This document shows, one piece after another, positions 13,926 through 28,035 of a stretch of DNA of 64,000 bases. The translations under genes were made by a program, and so were the position numbers. The stretch's first letter is position 1. The number at the start of each line of letters is the position of its first letter. Below the pieces are notes generated by a model that made no database searches, had not been told where the DNA came from, and saw nothing but the letters and a program-made list of their open reading frames with translations. The stretch is from Octopus sinensis (Eukaryota). The stretch is taken from the NCBI RefSeq assembly GCF_006345805.1, contig NC_043012.1, positions 39,742,001-39,806,000 on the forward strand, written 5' to 3'.

Positions 13926-14886
13926 ATATATATGGTATATATACATGGGATGTATATAATATATATATATGGCATATATAAATTTCAGTTTATGTATTTA
14001 TACGCCTATATGTAAACAATTATTGATACGTGAATATTGCGAAACGAAGCCATTTCTTTCTTGTTTCCCATCCAAACCTTGGACGACGTTGCCAAGATGA
14101 TGTTATAGATAAATATAGACAGATACACAGATATACATGCATATTATATACTTCGTAGGAAAATATATACAGTCATGCATAAGCAGAATCATATATACAC
14201 ATGTACATATATATATATATAACATGTGTATGTATGTATGCATGCATGCATGTATGTATGTATGTATGTATGTATGTATGTATGTATGTATGTATGTATG
14301 TATGTATGTATGTATGTATGTGAGTGTGTATGTATGTATGTACGTATGTATGCTCCGGTGTGTTCTAGATAAAGCTATGCATCTTTTTAATCTTCATCAA
14401 ACGAATGACATCTAGTTTGAACATCCAATATTTCGAGGACGAAGCTCTTATTCGTCATGAAAAATGCGACTATGACAGACTTGTAATACTTTTTGAATTA
14501 GTTTTCGTCGGTGTTGACCTTGTGCGATGATACCACAATTAGAGTTGCTACTGGACGATGAAGAGCCGACGTAAACCTCTGAGTTGAAAGATTTTCTTTA
14601 TCACGCTTTATGGCTTTAGAGTCCATCGACAACCCCATTCTCCCATGTGTGTGTGTGTGTTGTGAAGATATGACGTGTGCATATAGCACAAATTCTTCTA
14701 CTGTTTATTTGCCAAATAGTTCTCCTTAAGTCTTGTCGGAGACCATTTCCTTCACCTTCCAGCTGCCAGTAATAATATGAAGAACTTAAACAAATCGCGA
14801 CTAATATGTTTTACCTAATGGTAGAAAGTTTATGGTTGGCATATAGTAACATAGGTACCGATACAGAATCGTTCTGCTTATATATA

Positions 14887-14924
<38 letters not shown>

Positions 14925-14947
14925 TATATATACATATATTATATTAG

Positions 14948-15000
<53 letters not shown>

Positions 15001-15044
15001 TATAAATATGTTTGTGATATATATATATATATATGATATGTATA

Positions 15045-15100
<56 letters not shown>

Positions 15101-16035
15101 TATATATACATGGGATTATATAATATATATATATGGCATATATAAATTTCAGTTTATATTTATACGCCTATATGTAAACAATTATTGATACGTGAATATT
15201 GCGAAACGAAGCCATTTCTTTCTTGTTCCATCCAAACCTTGGACGACGTTGCCAAGATGATGTTATAGATAAATATAGACAGATACACAGATATACATGC
15301 ATATTATACTTCGTAGGAAAATATATAAGTCATGCATAAGCAGAATCATATATACACATGTACATATATATATTATACACATGTGTATGTATGTATGCAT
15401 GCATGCATGTATGTATGTATGTATGTATGTATGATGTGTATGTATGTATGTATGTATGTATGTATTATGTATGTATGTGAGTGTGTATGTATGTATGTAC
15501 GTATGTATGCTCCGGTGTGTTCTAGATAAAGCTATGCATCTTTTTAATCTTCATCAAACGAATGACATCTAGTTTGAACATCCAATATTTCGAGGACGAA
15601 GCTCTTATTCGTCATGAAAAATGCGACTATGACAGACTTGTAATACTTTTTGAATTAGTTTTCGTCGGTGTTGACCTGTGCGATGATACCACAATTAGAG
15701 TTGCTACTGACGATGAAGAGAGCCGACGTAAACCTCTGAGTTGAAAGATTTTCTTTATCACGCTTTATGGCTTTAGAGTCCATCGACAACCCCATTCTCC
15801 CATGTGTGTGTGTGTGTTGTGAAGATGACGTGTGCATATAGCACAATTCTTCTACTGTTTATTTGCCAAATAGTTCTCCTTAAGTCTTGTCGGAGACCAT
15901 TTCCTTCACCTTCCAGCTGCCAGTATAAATATGAAGAACTTAAACAAATCGCGACTAATATGTTTTACCTAATGGTAGAAAGTTTAGTGTTGGCATATAG
16001 TAACATAGGTACCGATACAGAATCGTTCTGCTTAT

Positions 16036-16081
<46 letters not shown>

Positions 16082-16095
16082 TACATAATATATAT
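13778..16095. repeat. Tandem duplication, two copies of ~1170 bp
   Basis: gggtatata...ggtataaatatgtttgtgat at 13778 and 14947; copies differ mostly by 1-bp indels; bounded by (TA)n. Confidence 0.95.
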
Positions 16096-16544
16096 ATCCT
16101 TTTACTCGTTTCCGACGGCGGCCAGCTCAGTGTTCAAAACTCGTCAACTCCATCTTTGCCGTTTATACTTTGAAGGTCGTTAAAAAAAGTACCAATTTAG
16201 GATGATGGTCAAATGCAATGTAAAACGGTCAAATGCAATGTTTTTGTGTATTTATTCCAGATCTTTACTATCTGACAGTAACGTCTGCGACAGCACTGGT
16301 GCCCGACCATATTGGTTCAAGTCAATACGTTTTCCGAACCGGTCTCCCTCATTGACCGAAGCATGGCCAGGGTCTGGTTTCGGAGTTAACATATGTTGAT
16401 AGTTATATAGAGTGGCAGCAGATATACATTCACGTACGTATACATGCATGCATGGTTATATACATGTGTGGTGTGGTATCTGTGAGTGTGTTTGCGCGCA
16501 CGCGCGTACCTGCGTGCGTGTTTATATACTATACACACATCTGG

Positions 16545-16793
<249 letters not shown>

Positions 16794-17894
16794 GTTATTG
16801 TCCATCATATATTTCGGTTTTGTTTTATTTAGGTACATTTTTCTTTGCATTGTTCCATTCATTGAAATACGCGTTCCTGTAAGATCGACCCGTTTCCCAC
16901 CTTTGAGGTATCACAATATTGAATACATAAGATGACATCGAAACGAATTTAGGAAACTGGCAAATTTCCCGCCATCGGTTCTGTTCCTGCTTCACTCTCT
17001 TCCTCTCTCTCTTTCTCCAATATTTAATTGACACAAGAATATAAGATCATATTAATTAACCATCATGCTCTCAGGCCTAACCAGGTGAAATGTACATTTT
17101 TGAGGGGAGTTAGCATTAAATCTATGAATTTTAGTTGTGATCCATCATCACCACAATCTCCCGTTTAGGGAAACTTACTTTCGTATACCATGCGATCAAA
17201 ATTATGTTCCTCCTTTTGTAAAAGACTATCGTTCACTGGTGCTTTCTGTCCTTAAAGAGTATTCTTGGCATTCCCATGTTTCTATCAATTCATGCTGAAT
17301 TTTCTGCAATATTTTTACATTTTGCCTCCCCATTTTTTCTGCGTTTTCCGTCTTTTCTATTCTGTGTAATGAAGAGGCTAAATCGGTGGCTGAAGAAATA
17401 GAATTTACGACATTTCTAACACTGGGATGATAGAAATGGTTGCGTTGAGGTGGATGTCTACTTTATGTACTCAGCACTGGAAGAGATACAACATCAATTA
17501 AAGTCATAACAAGTTATATAAAATGTTCATCCATTCATCCAAGGTGGACGGCTTGCACGAACCAATGTAACCCTTCCATGCCAGACGGTTCGATCGAGCG
17601 CTGCTGCAAAAATATCTGGCCTGGTCTTTTGCTATCCAAAATATCTCACCTGCGCACGCCACGACAACAGACAATAGCAGTGGTCCACTAACGGAATTGG
17701 TTGATCCTGGCTGTTGGGCTTGTCGCTAGTTCACACCCACCATGCTGCATCCCATGATTTCCATGTTCCCTCGCTTGGATGCTTTTACTTGTTTTCTTTA
17801 AACCACAGCTGAGAGCCCAACATGCGCTTCTACCCTGGGCAGGGTAGATTTGGGAATAATAGTGGCAATAGCAGTCAAGAACGAATCAACACCA

Positions 17895-18057
17895 GTACTT
17901 ATAATTTCCTTTTAAGCCTAGTGATTATTCTCTTGGTCTCTTGCCGAACCACCAAGTCACAGAGCCGTATATAAACCAACACCAGTTGTGAAGCGGTGTT
18001 GGAGAACACAATCCCACATACACACAAACACAAGCACATAAATTCAAACATCCAATA

Positions 18058-18090
<33 letters not shown>

Positions 18091-18212
18091 CGACGGGCTT
18101 CTTTCAGTTTCCGTCTACCAATACACTCTACTATAGCACGGGTTTATAGTAGATACTTGCTCAAAGTGCAGTGGAACCAAATAGTTGGGAACTAAGCTTC
18201 TTGACCCACCTG
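17895..18212 (-). mobile_element. SINE family A, degenerate copy
   Basis: cgacgggcttctttcagtttccgtctacc diagnostic core; internal CA/TA tract. Confidence 0.7.
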
Positions 18213-18259
18213 CACCGATATATACGCACAACAGATACTTGGACCTTACACATATATAT

Positions 18260-18545
18260 ATAAGAAACGTTTTAGGGATGCTGTCAAAAGCAACTTTAAG
18301 GCTCTTAATGTTAAAAGCTGAAGACTGGGACCAGATGGCGCAAGATCGATCGGTCTGGAAACAAATGATCTACAATAGATGTAAACCATTTGAAGCTCGA
18401 AGAATTGAACAATCTATCTTGAAACGAGGACTTCGTACACAGAACTTAACTACAATCTACTTTAAAATATTTGTAAGGCCTGCAGCAGAGGTTGTTTGTC
18501 AAGAGCAGGACTTGCTAGTCATATATGAGCTCATGACAGCATTTA
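18260..18545 (+). mobile_element. RTE-clade LINE, 3' ORF2 relic
   Basis: Translation WDQMAQDRSVWKQMIYNRCKPFEARRIEQSILKRGLR then, after a frameshift, [20 protein letters not shown]. This matches the C-terminal AxDRxxW motif and C2H2-like finger of RTE ORF2. Confidence 0.8.
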
Positions 18546-18601
18546 TGTATGTATGTATATATATATATATATATATATATTGTATATTATATATATATAT
18601 A

Positions 18602-18669
<68 letters not shown>

Positions 18670-19456
18670 CATACATATATATACATATATATATATACAT
18701 ATATGTATATATACATATATATATATGTGTATATATATATATTTATATACATATACATACATATATATATATATGTATATGTGCGTGTGTTTGTATATAT
18801 GTATGTATGTAGATATATATATATATATATAATATATATATATAATATATATATATATATATTATATATATGTATACATATATTGTGGTTGTCATCTCGT
18901 TACCGGGCATGACATCACGTTTTGTGCTAAAATCACAGGTCTAGTTATTCTCTAACTCGGCATCCTATGATGACAAACTTTTAAAAGGGAAATGCTACAC
19001 GTACCTTTAACGAAAGATAGAACTGCGTGTGCCACCACACACATACACACACACACACAGGCGCATTAAGATAGAGTGAGAGAGACGGATGGCTTCTATA
19101 TGTGGCACCTAATTGGCAATTCGTTAGAACGTTGGTTAAACTTACACTGCTTTGTGGTTATCGTTTCATCTCTCAACGCTCTGAGTTCAAACACGGCCGA
19201 TGTCAATTTTGCGTTTCGTTCTTCCTACATTCGAGAAATAATGTACCCATCCTATACCTGGCCTCATTCTCCATTCTTTTCTATTTCTTCCTATCTCTTC
19301 CCTGTCCCTCTTCTGGAAAAAAAAACCCGCTGTGCTGAGACCTGAACTGTGATGTGCTCCGCCAAGTATTAGACGCTCAGGATCCGCCGTTTCTTATGTC
19401 CGCGCGCATGTGACGCCGCCAAAGAGCTGAGAGCACATAACGTACGTTGTATGGTA

Positions 19457-19464
19457 TGACGTCA
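19457..19464. promoter_or_regulatory. Palindromic CRE site (TGACGTCA) in a CpG-rich patch
   Basis: tatgacgtcata 12-bp palindrome; CpG-rich ccgcgcgcatgtgacgccgcc about 50 bp upstream. Function not shown. Confidence 0.3.
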
Positions 19465-19494
19465 TATATTCATATGCACAGCTAAACGCGAATA

Positions 19495-19862
19495 TCTTTA
19501 TATATAAAAGTGAAGATTCCTAACTACTCACACATTTTGCAGTGCAGTGTAACCAAAAGCGGGTATCTTATAGTCGTGATTCATATCGAGCCCTTCTGGG
19601 TATTAGCGCGCGTCTACGATGAGTCTACGATTTAAAAAAAAATATACCATCATTTTTTCCCATTTTTAATTCATTTTTTTGCTATTATATAAGGGAAGTA
19701 ACTCTCTAAAAATGTATTATTAAATATCAGAACGTAAAAAGCTACAGTAACCCACCCCTTGTGGTTAGCCATATTGAGATGGCTGTTATACTTTACATCT
19801 CTAAAAATGCTTATATAGTTATTTCCCTTACAAACTCGAGCAACGCTGGGCGATACTGCTAG
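19495..19862 (+). mobile_element. Non-autonomous Helitron (368 bp)
   Basis: 5' end A|TCTTTATATATAAAAG; 3' end ctcgagcaacgctgggcgatactgCTAG|T; inserted between A and T with no TSD, fitting Helitron end rules. Confidence 0.7.
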
Positions 19863-20380
19863 TGTTAAATATATGCATACGCATTTATCGTATATATGTA
19901 TAAATGTATATATAATACATATACGTATATGCATATATATGCACATACATTCATAGATACATACACACACATATATATGTGTGTACGTATTCGTGTGTTT
20001 GTATAACGACACAGAGAGAGGTCGGAGCGAGAGGATGTACCATTAAGAATTGACAGTTGTATTACTTCCCGCCAAGCTGACATCAATTCGAGGCAATATG
20101 ACGTCCAGGCAATGCGTAGCGATATCGACATGATATGGCAGAGTAGTGATGGTAGTGGTGGCGGTGGTAGTGGTGGTGGTGGTGGTGGTGATAGCGGTTG
20201 TGATGGAGATTATAGTGGTGGTTAATGTAGTGTATGTGTGTTTATCCTTTCTGTGAGTTTAACGGGTGTCTGTATACTTATACGTATGTTGCTGTGTGTG
20301 TATATTTCTGAGCATAAATTGTGTGTCTGTATATACATCAACACCACGTTCACATTAGCACCATATGTATTTATGTCTGC

Positions 20381-20429
<49 letters not shown>

Positions 20430-21186
20430 TATATATACATATGTATGTATACATGTATATATACAATATCTTATAAGCATGTATGTATGTATATATACTG
20501 GCATATTAATTTACATATATATATATATGTGTCTGTGTTGTATATATATATATATATTTGTCTGCGTTGTGTGTGTATATATATATATCCATGTAATTAC
20601 CTGTAATCATGTATAAACACACATTTATATATATATATGTGTGTGTGTGTGTTTATATACTATATATGCGTTTGTGTTTATATATTATATATGTGTGTGT
20701 ATGCATGTATGTATGTATGTATGTATTCGTGTGTATGTGTGTGCGTCTGAGTATGTGTATGTTTATATTAATGAAAGTGAATTATGGTCTTTGGAGGTAG
20801 TATAGGAATTATCGGAAAGTTTTCTGGATTTCATTCAAAAGTGTAAAATAGTTAATAAGCAGTTAGGAGGAAGACCCTAGCGGAACTCTTGTGGGAGTTG
20901 AAGGAACGGATGGTTAATAATTATATGAACCAACCCTTATTTAACGTTGAAGCTGGCCATTATGGTTTAGTGCTAACTATTAGTGGTTAGTGACGTTCGC
21001 TGAATTCCCTGCCCCCACCCCCCGCTCTTCTCTTACATACCATCTTACCATCTTTGTCGTTGTTGTTGGTGCTGCTGCTGCTGTACCTGATGAGGATGCT
21101 GCTGATCTCTTCATTCCGTTTTCGTTTTCTTCCTTCTTTATCTTTCTGATTTTTGTTTCTTACTTTCTTATTTGCTACGTTCATAT

Positions 21187-21226
<40 letters not shown>

Positions 21227-21391
21227 GATATCGATCAGACCAACTCTCCATTGCACTCGTTCACTCTCTCCATTCCATTCTCTCTCCATTTAATTCCTCT
21301 GTGATTTTTTTATGCACCAACTCTTACTCTCCCTTTCTCTTTCTCCCATATATATATTATATATATATATATTATATATATATATATATAT

Positions 21392-21479
<88 letters not shown>

Positions 21480-21820
21480 TAGTCTTTTTCTTCTGTTTGC
21501 ACTCTCTGCCTCTATTTCCCCTTTGCTTTCTCTCTCTACTCTATCTTTTCTGCATACACACATATCTATATGTGTATACATATCTATGTATATATGTGTA
21601 CATATATATGTTGTGTGTGTATCGGCTGATGTTACGTATTGGGTTTCCGTCTGTTAAATGCTGCCTTAGTCGAAGTATACTCTTTGTAACAATGTGTAGC
21701 CAAAGGAAACCGAACAGTTAGTGGGCGTTATGCCATTAAACTCTACCTCTCACCCAGTATTGAGTGCACTCTTTATTCAAATATGTTATAATCGAAACTG
21801 GTCATCGACATATATATAAT

Positions 21821-21855
<35 letters not shown>

Positions 21856-21965
21856 TTCATGCAAATAGAAGAATCCATTTTTTTTTTCAAAATGTAACCG
21901 CGTGAATCGTTGGCGATATTTTTTTCCCTCCGTCTTCCTTTCTATTGGACTTTCCTCTGTCTTCT

Positions 21966-22000
21966 GTTCCTGAAGAAGAGCTTTGCTCGAAACGTAAAAC
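21966..22000 (+). ncRNA. Minimal hammerhead motif, family 2, copy 1
   Basis: GTTC-CTGAAGA-A-GAGC(TTT)GCTC-GAAA-CGTA-AAAC; one stem I mismatch; flanks shared with the copy at 30693. Confidence 0.55.
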
Positions 22001-22118
22001 CACCTTTCTTTCCTTCTCTGAATGTCTGCTAATACTTTACATACTTTAAATGGCTTATAAACACCTTCCACACTGCATTTGTGTGTGTATATATATATAA
22101 ATATTTATATATTTTTAA

Positions 22119-22560
22119 GTTTCAGCTCAGAGCTACGGCCATGCTGATGCACCGCCGTTTTGCGCTACACTGTTATTACTAAGAGCCTCCTCTAATATGT
22201 GGCACTTGATGAAGAATGGAGTTTGATATAGCTACTCTCATTTGCACCTCTTGCCGTGAGGTAGGTTCATCTGGGACTCTCGACAGGAAGATGTCCAGCT
22301 TTGATTTAAAAACCACTACATCTACTTTGTGCAAGTTCCTCAGACTCTTTGGGAGAATATTAAAAAGCTGTGGGGCCTTGAAACCCAGGCTGTTGCAGAA
22401 GCTGGTCCTGAAGCGTGATGGCATTGCTGAGATCTTTGGTACTATGCAGTGTCGTCCCGTTCTGGCATTGGGGTAGCTTTCAATGCCAAAATTTGGCACA
22501 AATCCTTCCAGGATCTTCCAGACATATATTACTGCATACCTCTCCCGTCTTCTCTCCATA
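22119..22560 (-). mobile_element. CR1/L2-like LINE, 5'-truncated 3' end with 3' UTR tail
   Basis: Uninterrupted ORF 22179-22559: ERRRERYAVIYVWKILEGFVPNFG...PQLFNILPKSLRNL...FKSKLDIFLSRVPDEP, typical CR1/L2/Crack ORF2 C-terminus; tail ggcggtgcatcagcatggccgtagctctgagctgaaac. Confidence 0.85.
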
Positions 22561-22575
22561 TATATATACCTTAAC

Positions 22576-22830
22576 CACTAGGACGCATAGCCTAGTGGTT
22601 AAGTTATTACAATCACGATCTTACGAACGTGGTTTCAAATCCTAGACTGGGTGACACATTGTGTTGTTGAGCAAAACATTTCATCTCACGACGTGTGATT
22701 CACCGAGCACCTGTTCAGGCAACATCGATTTGATTGAGGGAGTGGACTAATATACGGTGCACACATTCGATCACTATAAACAAATCATTTCTGCAGGTCG
22801 TTCGGCATAATCTTAATACTCATGCGTTGT
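22576..22830 (+). mobile_element. tRNA-derived SINE (family B/C)
   Basis: A-box-like gcatagcctagtggtta, B-box-like ggtttcaaatcc; related to 52320 copy. Confidence 0.65.
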
Positions 22831-22864
22831 CTTCGAGTCCATCCAATACATATAATGCATATGC

Positions 22865-22900
<36 letters not shown>

Positions 22901-24090
22901 ATTACTTTCGCATCGTGTGCGTATGAATATACGTACGTACTTTTGTAGATACTACTTATGAGAGAAAGGATCAAACATTGGTTGTGTATTGGGACTTTTA
23001 TCAGTGTCCATTACTAGCATGAAACCCTCATCTTACAACCTCATCGCGTTTTTAGGAAGGGTCTTGAGCAGTTTTTTGATATCGTCCGGATTTCATCCTT
23101 TTAAACCAAAAGCCCTATTGGAAAGGCATTTTCACAATCAGTGATATAATTTTACAAAATGTTTCTGCTAATATAGTCACAGAAAATTAGAAGAAGGCTG
23201 GAAACAACCTATTAAGGTTTCCACAATAGCTCGATGACTCCTCTGTTTTATTAACCACAGAAGGTTAAAAGATAACGTTAATCTGAGCGAGATTTGAACT
23301 CACAAATATATTTGGACGTAACTAAAGACCACATATTTAGTTTGCCCGAGGCTCTGCCGCGTCTATGAATCTGGTTTTTATGGCAAAACAATAAGCGTTG
23401 CTGTACATAAACTGTGTGAAATTCTACTTTCAATAACCTTTCTATACACACGTACATACATAAATATATACATACATACATACATACACATGTACATACA
23501 TACATACATACATACATACATACATACATACATACATGCAAACACTCATAGATACATGCACGCAAAACACGCACACACACAATTAATGAGGTAAAAGATA
23601 GCTTGTCATAAAGCTGAGAGAACGATTAATATTTTATTGTCGACAACGCAATGAACGGACACGCACAGAGTTGGAGAAAGAGAAGCATACATCGATGCAC
23701 ACATGCTGCTCTTTCATCCAAATATATACAATAATAAAGTATAACTATTGCAACCAAACGAAGTTTTATTTCTAAATACACATAATCCTCTTTTATACGC
23801 ATGAAACAATGAGGAAAGGTGTCCGATATTAAAAATATGCGCAGTACTATAAATTCCATTAAGGACAAAGGTGCTGGGAAAAGGCCTCATTTAAAATATT
23901 AGAAGCAGATTTTATGAATGATGTATGCGAAATAAATATGAAAACATTAAAGCGAGGAAACCAAATAAAAACCTCTTCCAACTTTATCAAGAACTGTATA
24001 AAGTGTTATCTGTGATAGAGGGTTAAATGCGGACTTTAATAAATATATCTATGAAACAGAACATAAACAAACAAAAATTATATGTTGATC

Positions 24091-24162
<72 letters not shown>

Positions 24163-24599
24163 TAAATATAAAGATTTAAGCTACAACAATATAACTAAAA
24201 GAAAATGATGTTTGGAAAATTAGAATATAGGGGAAACGAAAATAAATTTTGAAAAATTTTGAAGAAAAAAAGTAATCTTTAAAATCTTTGGATTTATTAT
24301 TAATGAATGAAAGGAAAATAATTGATTTTTGTGGAGGTCGAAGCAAGCTGGAGTAGTAAAATATATTCATTATTAATAAATTGAGAAGAGTGTTAAACGA
24401 AGATGGTTTTTGTTTTTGAAATTTATCACAGAACAAAGAGCAGTGAAATGGTAAAAGTTAGCGATTAAGCATTTTTTTAAAAACTCAGAGTCAAAAATTC
24501 AAAGGGAAATGGAAATTAAGCTGTTGTGATGTTTTACTTTACTTCTGCAACAAATTTCAACCGGATATTTTAATTATAGACCAAAATTATAATTACAAC

Positions 24600-24634
24600 C
24601 ACTATTATTATCATTATTATTATTATTATTATTA

Positions 24635-24686
<52 letters not shown>

Positions 24687-24697
24687 CATTATTATTA

Positions 24698-24769
<72 letters not shown>

Positions 24770-24770
24770 A
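24600..24770. repeat. (ATT)n(AGT)n microsatellite
   Basis: Direct reading. Confidence 0.95.
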
Positions 24771-25048
24771 TGTTTTATCAGCTTAATGTGCGTTTTTACT
24801 GCACCATAAAGTGCACCTCTATGTTCCTGAGGTGTGTGCAGCATCGAAATTTACTGTTTTGGAGCTGTATTTGTACACAACATTAGTTTTAGTTAGTGGC
24901 AAGGCATGTTGAGCTGTTTCTGGTGCTATTTTAATGTTTTCTCTGTTGTGTTGGCTAAACTATGTTCTGTCTAGTATGTTTTGTTGAGTGGTGATTGTGT
25001 TTCGTATTTGTTGTGACAGGGATGTGTCCTAGTATTTGGAAGTAGTCA

Positions 25049-25085
<37 letters not shown>

Positions 25086-26149
25086 ATAAGTTCTAATATG
25101 TTGTTGAATATTAATTATGTTCCGTGCATATTTTGTATAGTAGTGTTGTGTGATGTTAGTGCAGCCCGAAGATAATGGACAACGTATGGACATCTTTGGC
25201 TGTGCCAGCGGACAATATGGCCGGCTCGTGATGAACTCTATAGGTACGGTAATTCTACCAGCCTAGCCTGTCCAAGAAACACAGCTACGAAAAGCGATTT
25301 CTCCACACGCTACACAGCTTTAGGGACCTAGCATTGGAATAAAATCAAGTAGTTATCTTATGTGAGAGAGATTCGTCATTCAACCGATTTCAGTATGTGA
25401 ATTGCCCAGCCACATATACAACAGATTTTTTTATATGCCTGATGGCTCGGACAAAACAAAGTGCATTTAACCACACAGCTATACGTGCGCAATACACCTG
25501 TGAATTTGCTAAATCAAATTAAATATTAGGGACGAGATTGTCTTCAATGATCAGTTTAATTTGCTACAGGAGTTTTATCTGTTGGATTCATACTAATCTG
25601 TATGAGAGATTAACGGATTAGGATAAGTGATTGAATTACTATCACTTAACAGCGATCTCTTAATTATCAATTAATTCATCTTTTTATGAGCCAATGGATA
25701 GAGCTCCACATACCAACTAGACACGCTAGAGATAGTAGCCAAATATTCTTCAAATCTCACACTACTATCTTTGGAAATGATAGACACACTGAATTGCACG
25801 AGGTTCTTTAGATGAACAATATATGAAAATAAAATGAGGTGGTCGTGATTGGAATGCATTTATTATTGATCTCAGGACTAATAAGTGATTAAACAGCAAC
25901 AACAACATTAATTTAATTTGTTGATAATTTCAACGGGGTGGAAAGATTTAATTGAAACTATTATGTGTAATAATCTGTTTAATGTGGATATTTAATGGTA
26001 ATCTTTGATGGGATAATAATAGCAGTGGTCCTTCTGCGGAACATAGAAACAGATATGCTGGAAATAGCAGCAAATTCTTCCTCAGTATTTAGCCTTCCGT
26101 GTTAAATAACGTGACAGAGTATTCTAGGTAACTCAATCGTAGTGAAGAA

Positions 26150-26208
26150 GAAGAGAAGAAGAAGAAGAAGAAGAAGAAGAAGAAGAAGAAGAAGAAGAAG
26201 AAGAAGAA
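26150..26208. repeat. (GAA)n microsatellite
   Basis: Direct reading. Confidence 0.95.
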
Positions 26209-26470
26209 AGTGAAAGACTAAGATGACAATTATTCCCGAGGTAATTGGTTCATTTGGCACAGCATCAAAATTGTTATCTCAGAGGCTGAAGGATACTGGA
26301 AATGAAACAGATATTATTGACCGGCAGAAAAGTGCCATCCTGCATTTTGCAAGACTACCAAGGAAGATTCTTGCCATTTGAGGCAATTTGTTGCTATCAA
26401 TCCTGAAGATAACATCTCATAACATTTATATCCCTATTTTCCCAGTGTGGCACTCATCGAAAGAATTGAA
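26205..26470 (+). mobile_element. R4/Dong-like RLE non-LTR retrotransposon, 3' relic
   Basis: Translation KMTIIPEVIGSFGTASKLLSQRLKDTGNETDIIDRQKSAILHFARLPRKILAI* matches the RLE-clade C-terminal pattern (IPxVIGxxG...QKxAxL.xAxxxRKxL). Confidence 0.75.
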
Positions 26471-26769
26471 AACCGCCCTTAGACTTACTGTCACCTCACT
26501 CTGTTATTCCAGTCACAAATACTAAAATAGTCTCTGATTTTCCCATTTAGCTGGTAACGTACCATATCTACCCAACTGCATCTTATACACACCACTTTAC
26601 TCTTCGCACTACCATATTGTGTCGTTTAGCTAAAATTTAACTTTCTTCTCGTTGTTCTTGATAACTAAATTCCAGAGGTGGAGTTTGGTTTCTTTCTTAC
26701 GAACTTAACCCTTTTAGTATAAGAAGAAATACAACATATGTACGCATACATACAAAGACATAATCATGT

Positions 26770-26928
<159 letters not shown>

Positions 26929-28035
26929 GTGTGTGTGTGTGTCTGTGTATATACATACACATACATATTTACACATATATACACAGACATGTCTAACTTA
27001 ACACAATCTCTTAGATATTTGCTAATCTAGCAGAATTTTAAATTGAATCAACTTTTGTCAGTTTTACTGAAAAATGGCGGTCAAACAGACTCGGAAAGTT
27101 GAAAATCCTCATCTTCTTTAACATATCATCCACTACGACATCACTAGTACAATGCCCCCAACAGCCAAACGATTATACCACAATACTACTGCCGCCACAC
27201 CACCACACCACTTCTAGCACTACTACTTTAACCACCACTACCACAAACATCACACCATCGGTAACGTTGCAGTCATACTACTACTAATACCGTCTCACCA
27301 CACCACTACTATCACCTATACTACCACTTCCAACATCCCCACTAACATCATTACTGCCACTTCTATTACAACCAGCGAACCACAACCCAACCACATTTCC
27401 ACCAAACCACTAAAACCACCATCACTGCCAAACCACCATCGCCACCATCTTGCTAACTATAAGCCTCTTGGTCCTTCTTCATTCGGTTTCATACCAAAGA
27501 TAAATGGTAGTTTTTTTTGTGTTGTTTTATAGAATCAGAATTAAATTTCACGCCTCACTGCCCTACGTCGCTTCACCAATAATAAGCTTACTTTAGTTTT
27601 ACATTATCAAATCTATAACGATTTCATTTGACTAGACACAAGGCTAATGTTTTTTAAGAGAGTGAGAGACAGAGGCGGGGCGAGAGATTAAGAAAGAGAA
27701 AGAGAAAGAGGTGGTGGAGTGAGGGTGAGAAAGCGAAAGATTTTAAGAGACAAAGACAGAACGAAAGTGATTAAGATAGAGGGAAATAGAAAGTGAGAGA
27801 GGGTGGAGAGGACTTGAGAGTGATAGAGAGATTTAATGAGTGAAAGGAAAGATAAAGAGAGAGTGGGGCACATAGAAAGATGGAGAATGTTGATGATGAT
27901 GATGATGATGGTGGTGACAAAAGTGGCGGTGGAGTAATATATTCATATTCAGTAATACCAAAATCCGTTATATTGCTGTTAATTTTAGAAAAGAGCGTAA
28001 TATCAGAAAAGTTAATCTTGGTAAAACTTCTGTAC

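Noticed and set aside
16207-16241. 15-bp direct repeat ggtcaaatgcaatgt (period 20)
   Set aside because: Most simply a local slippage duplication; nothing supports function.
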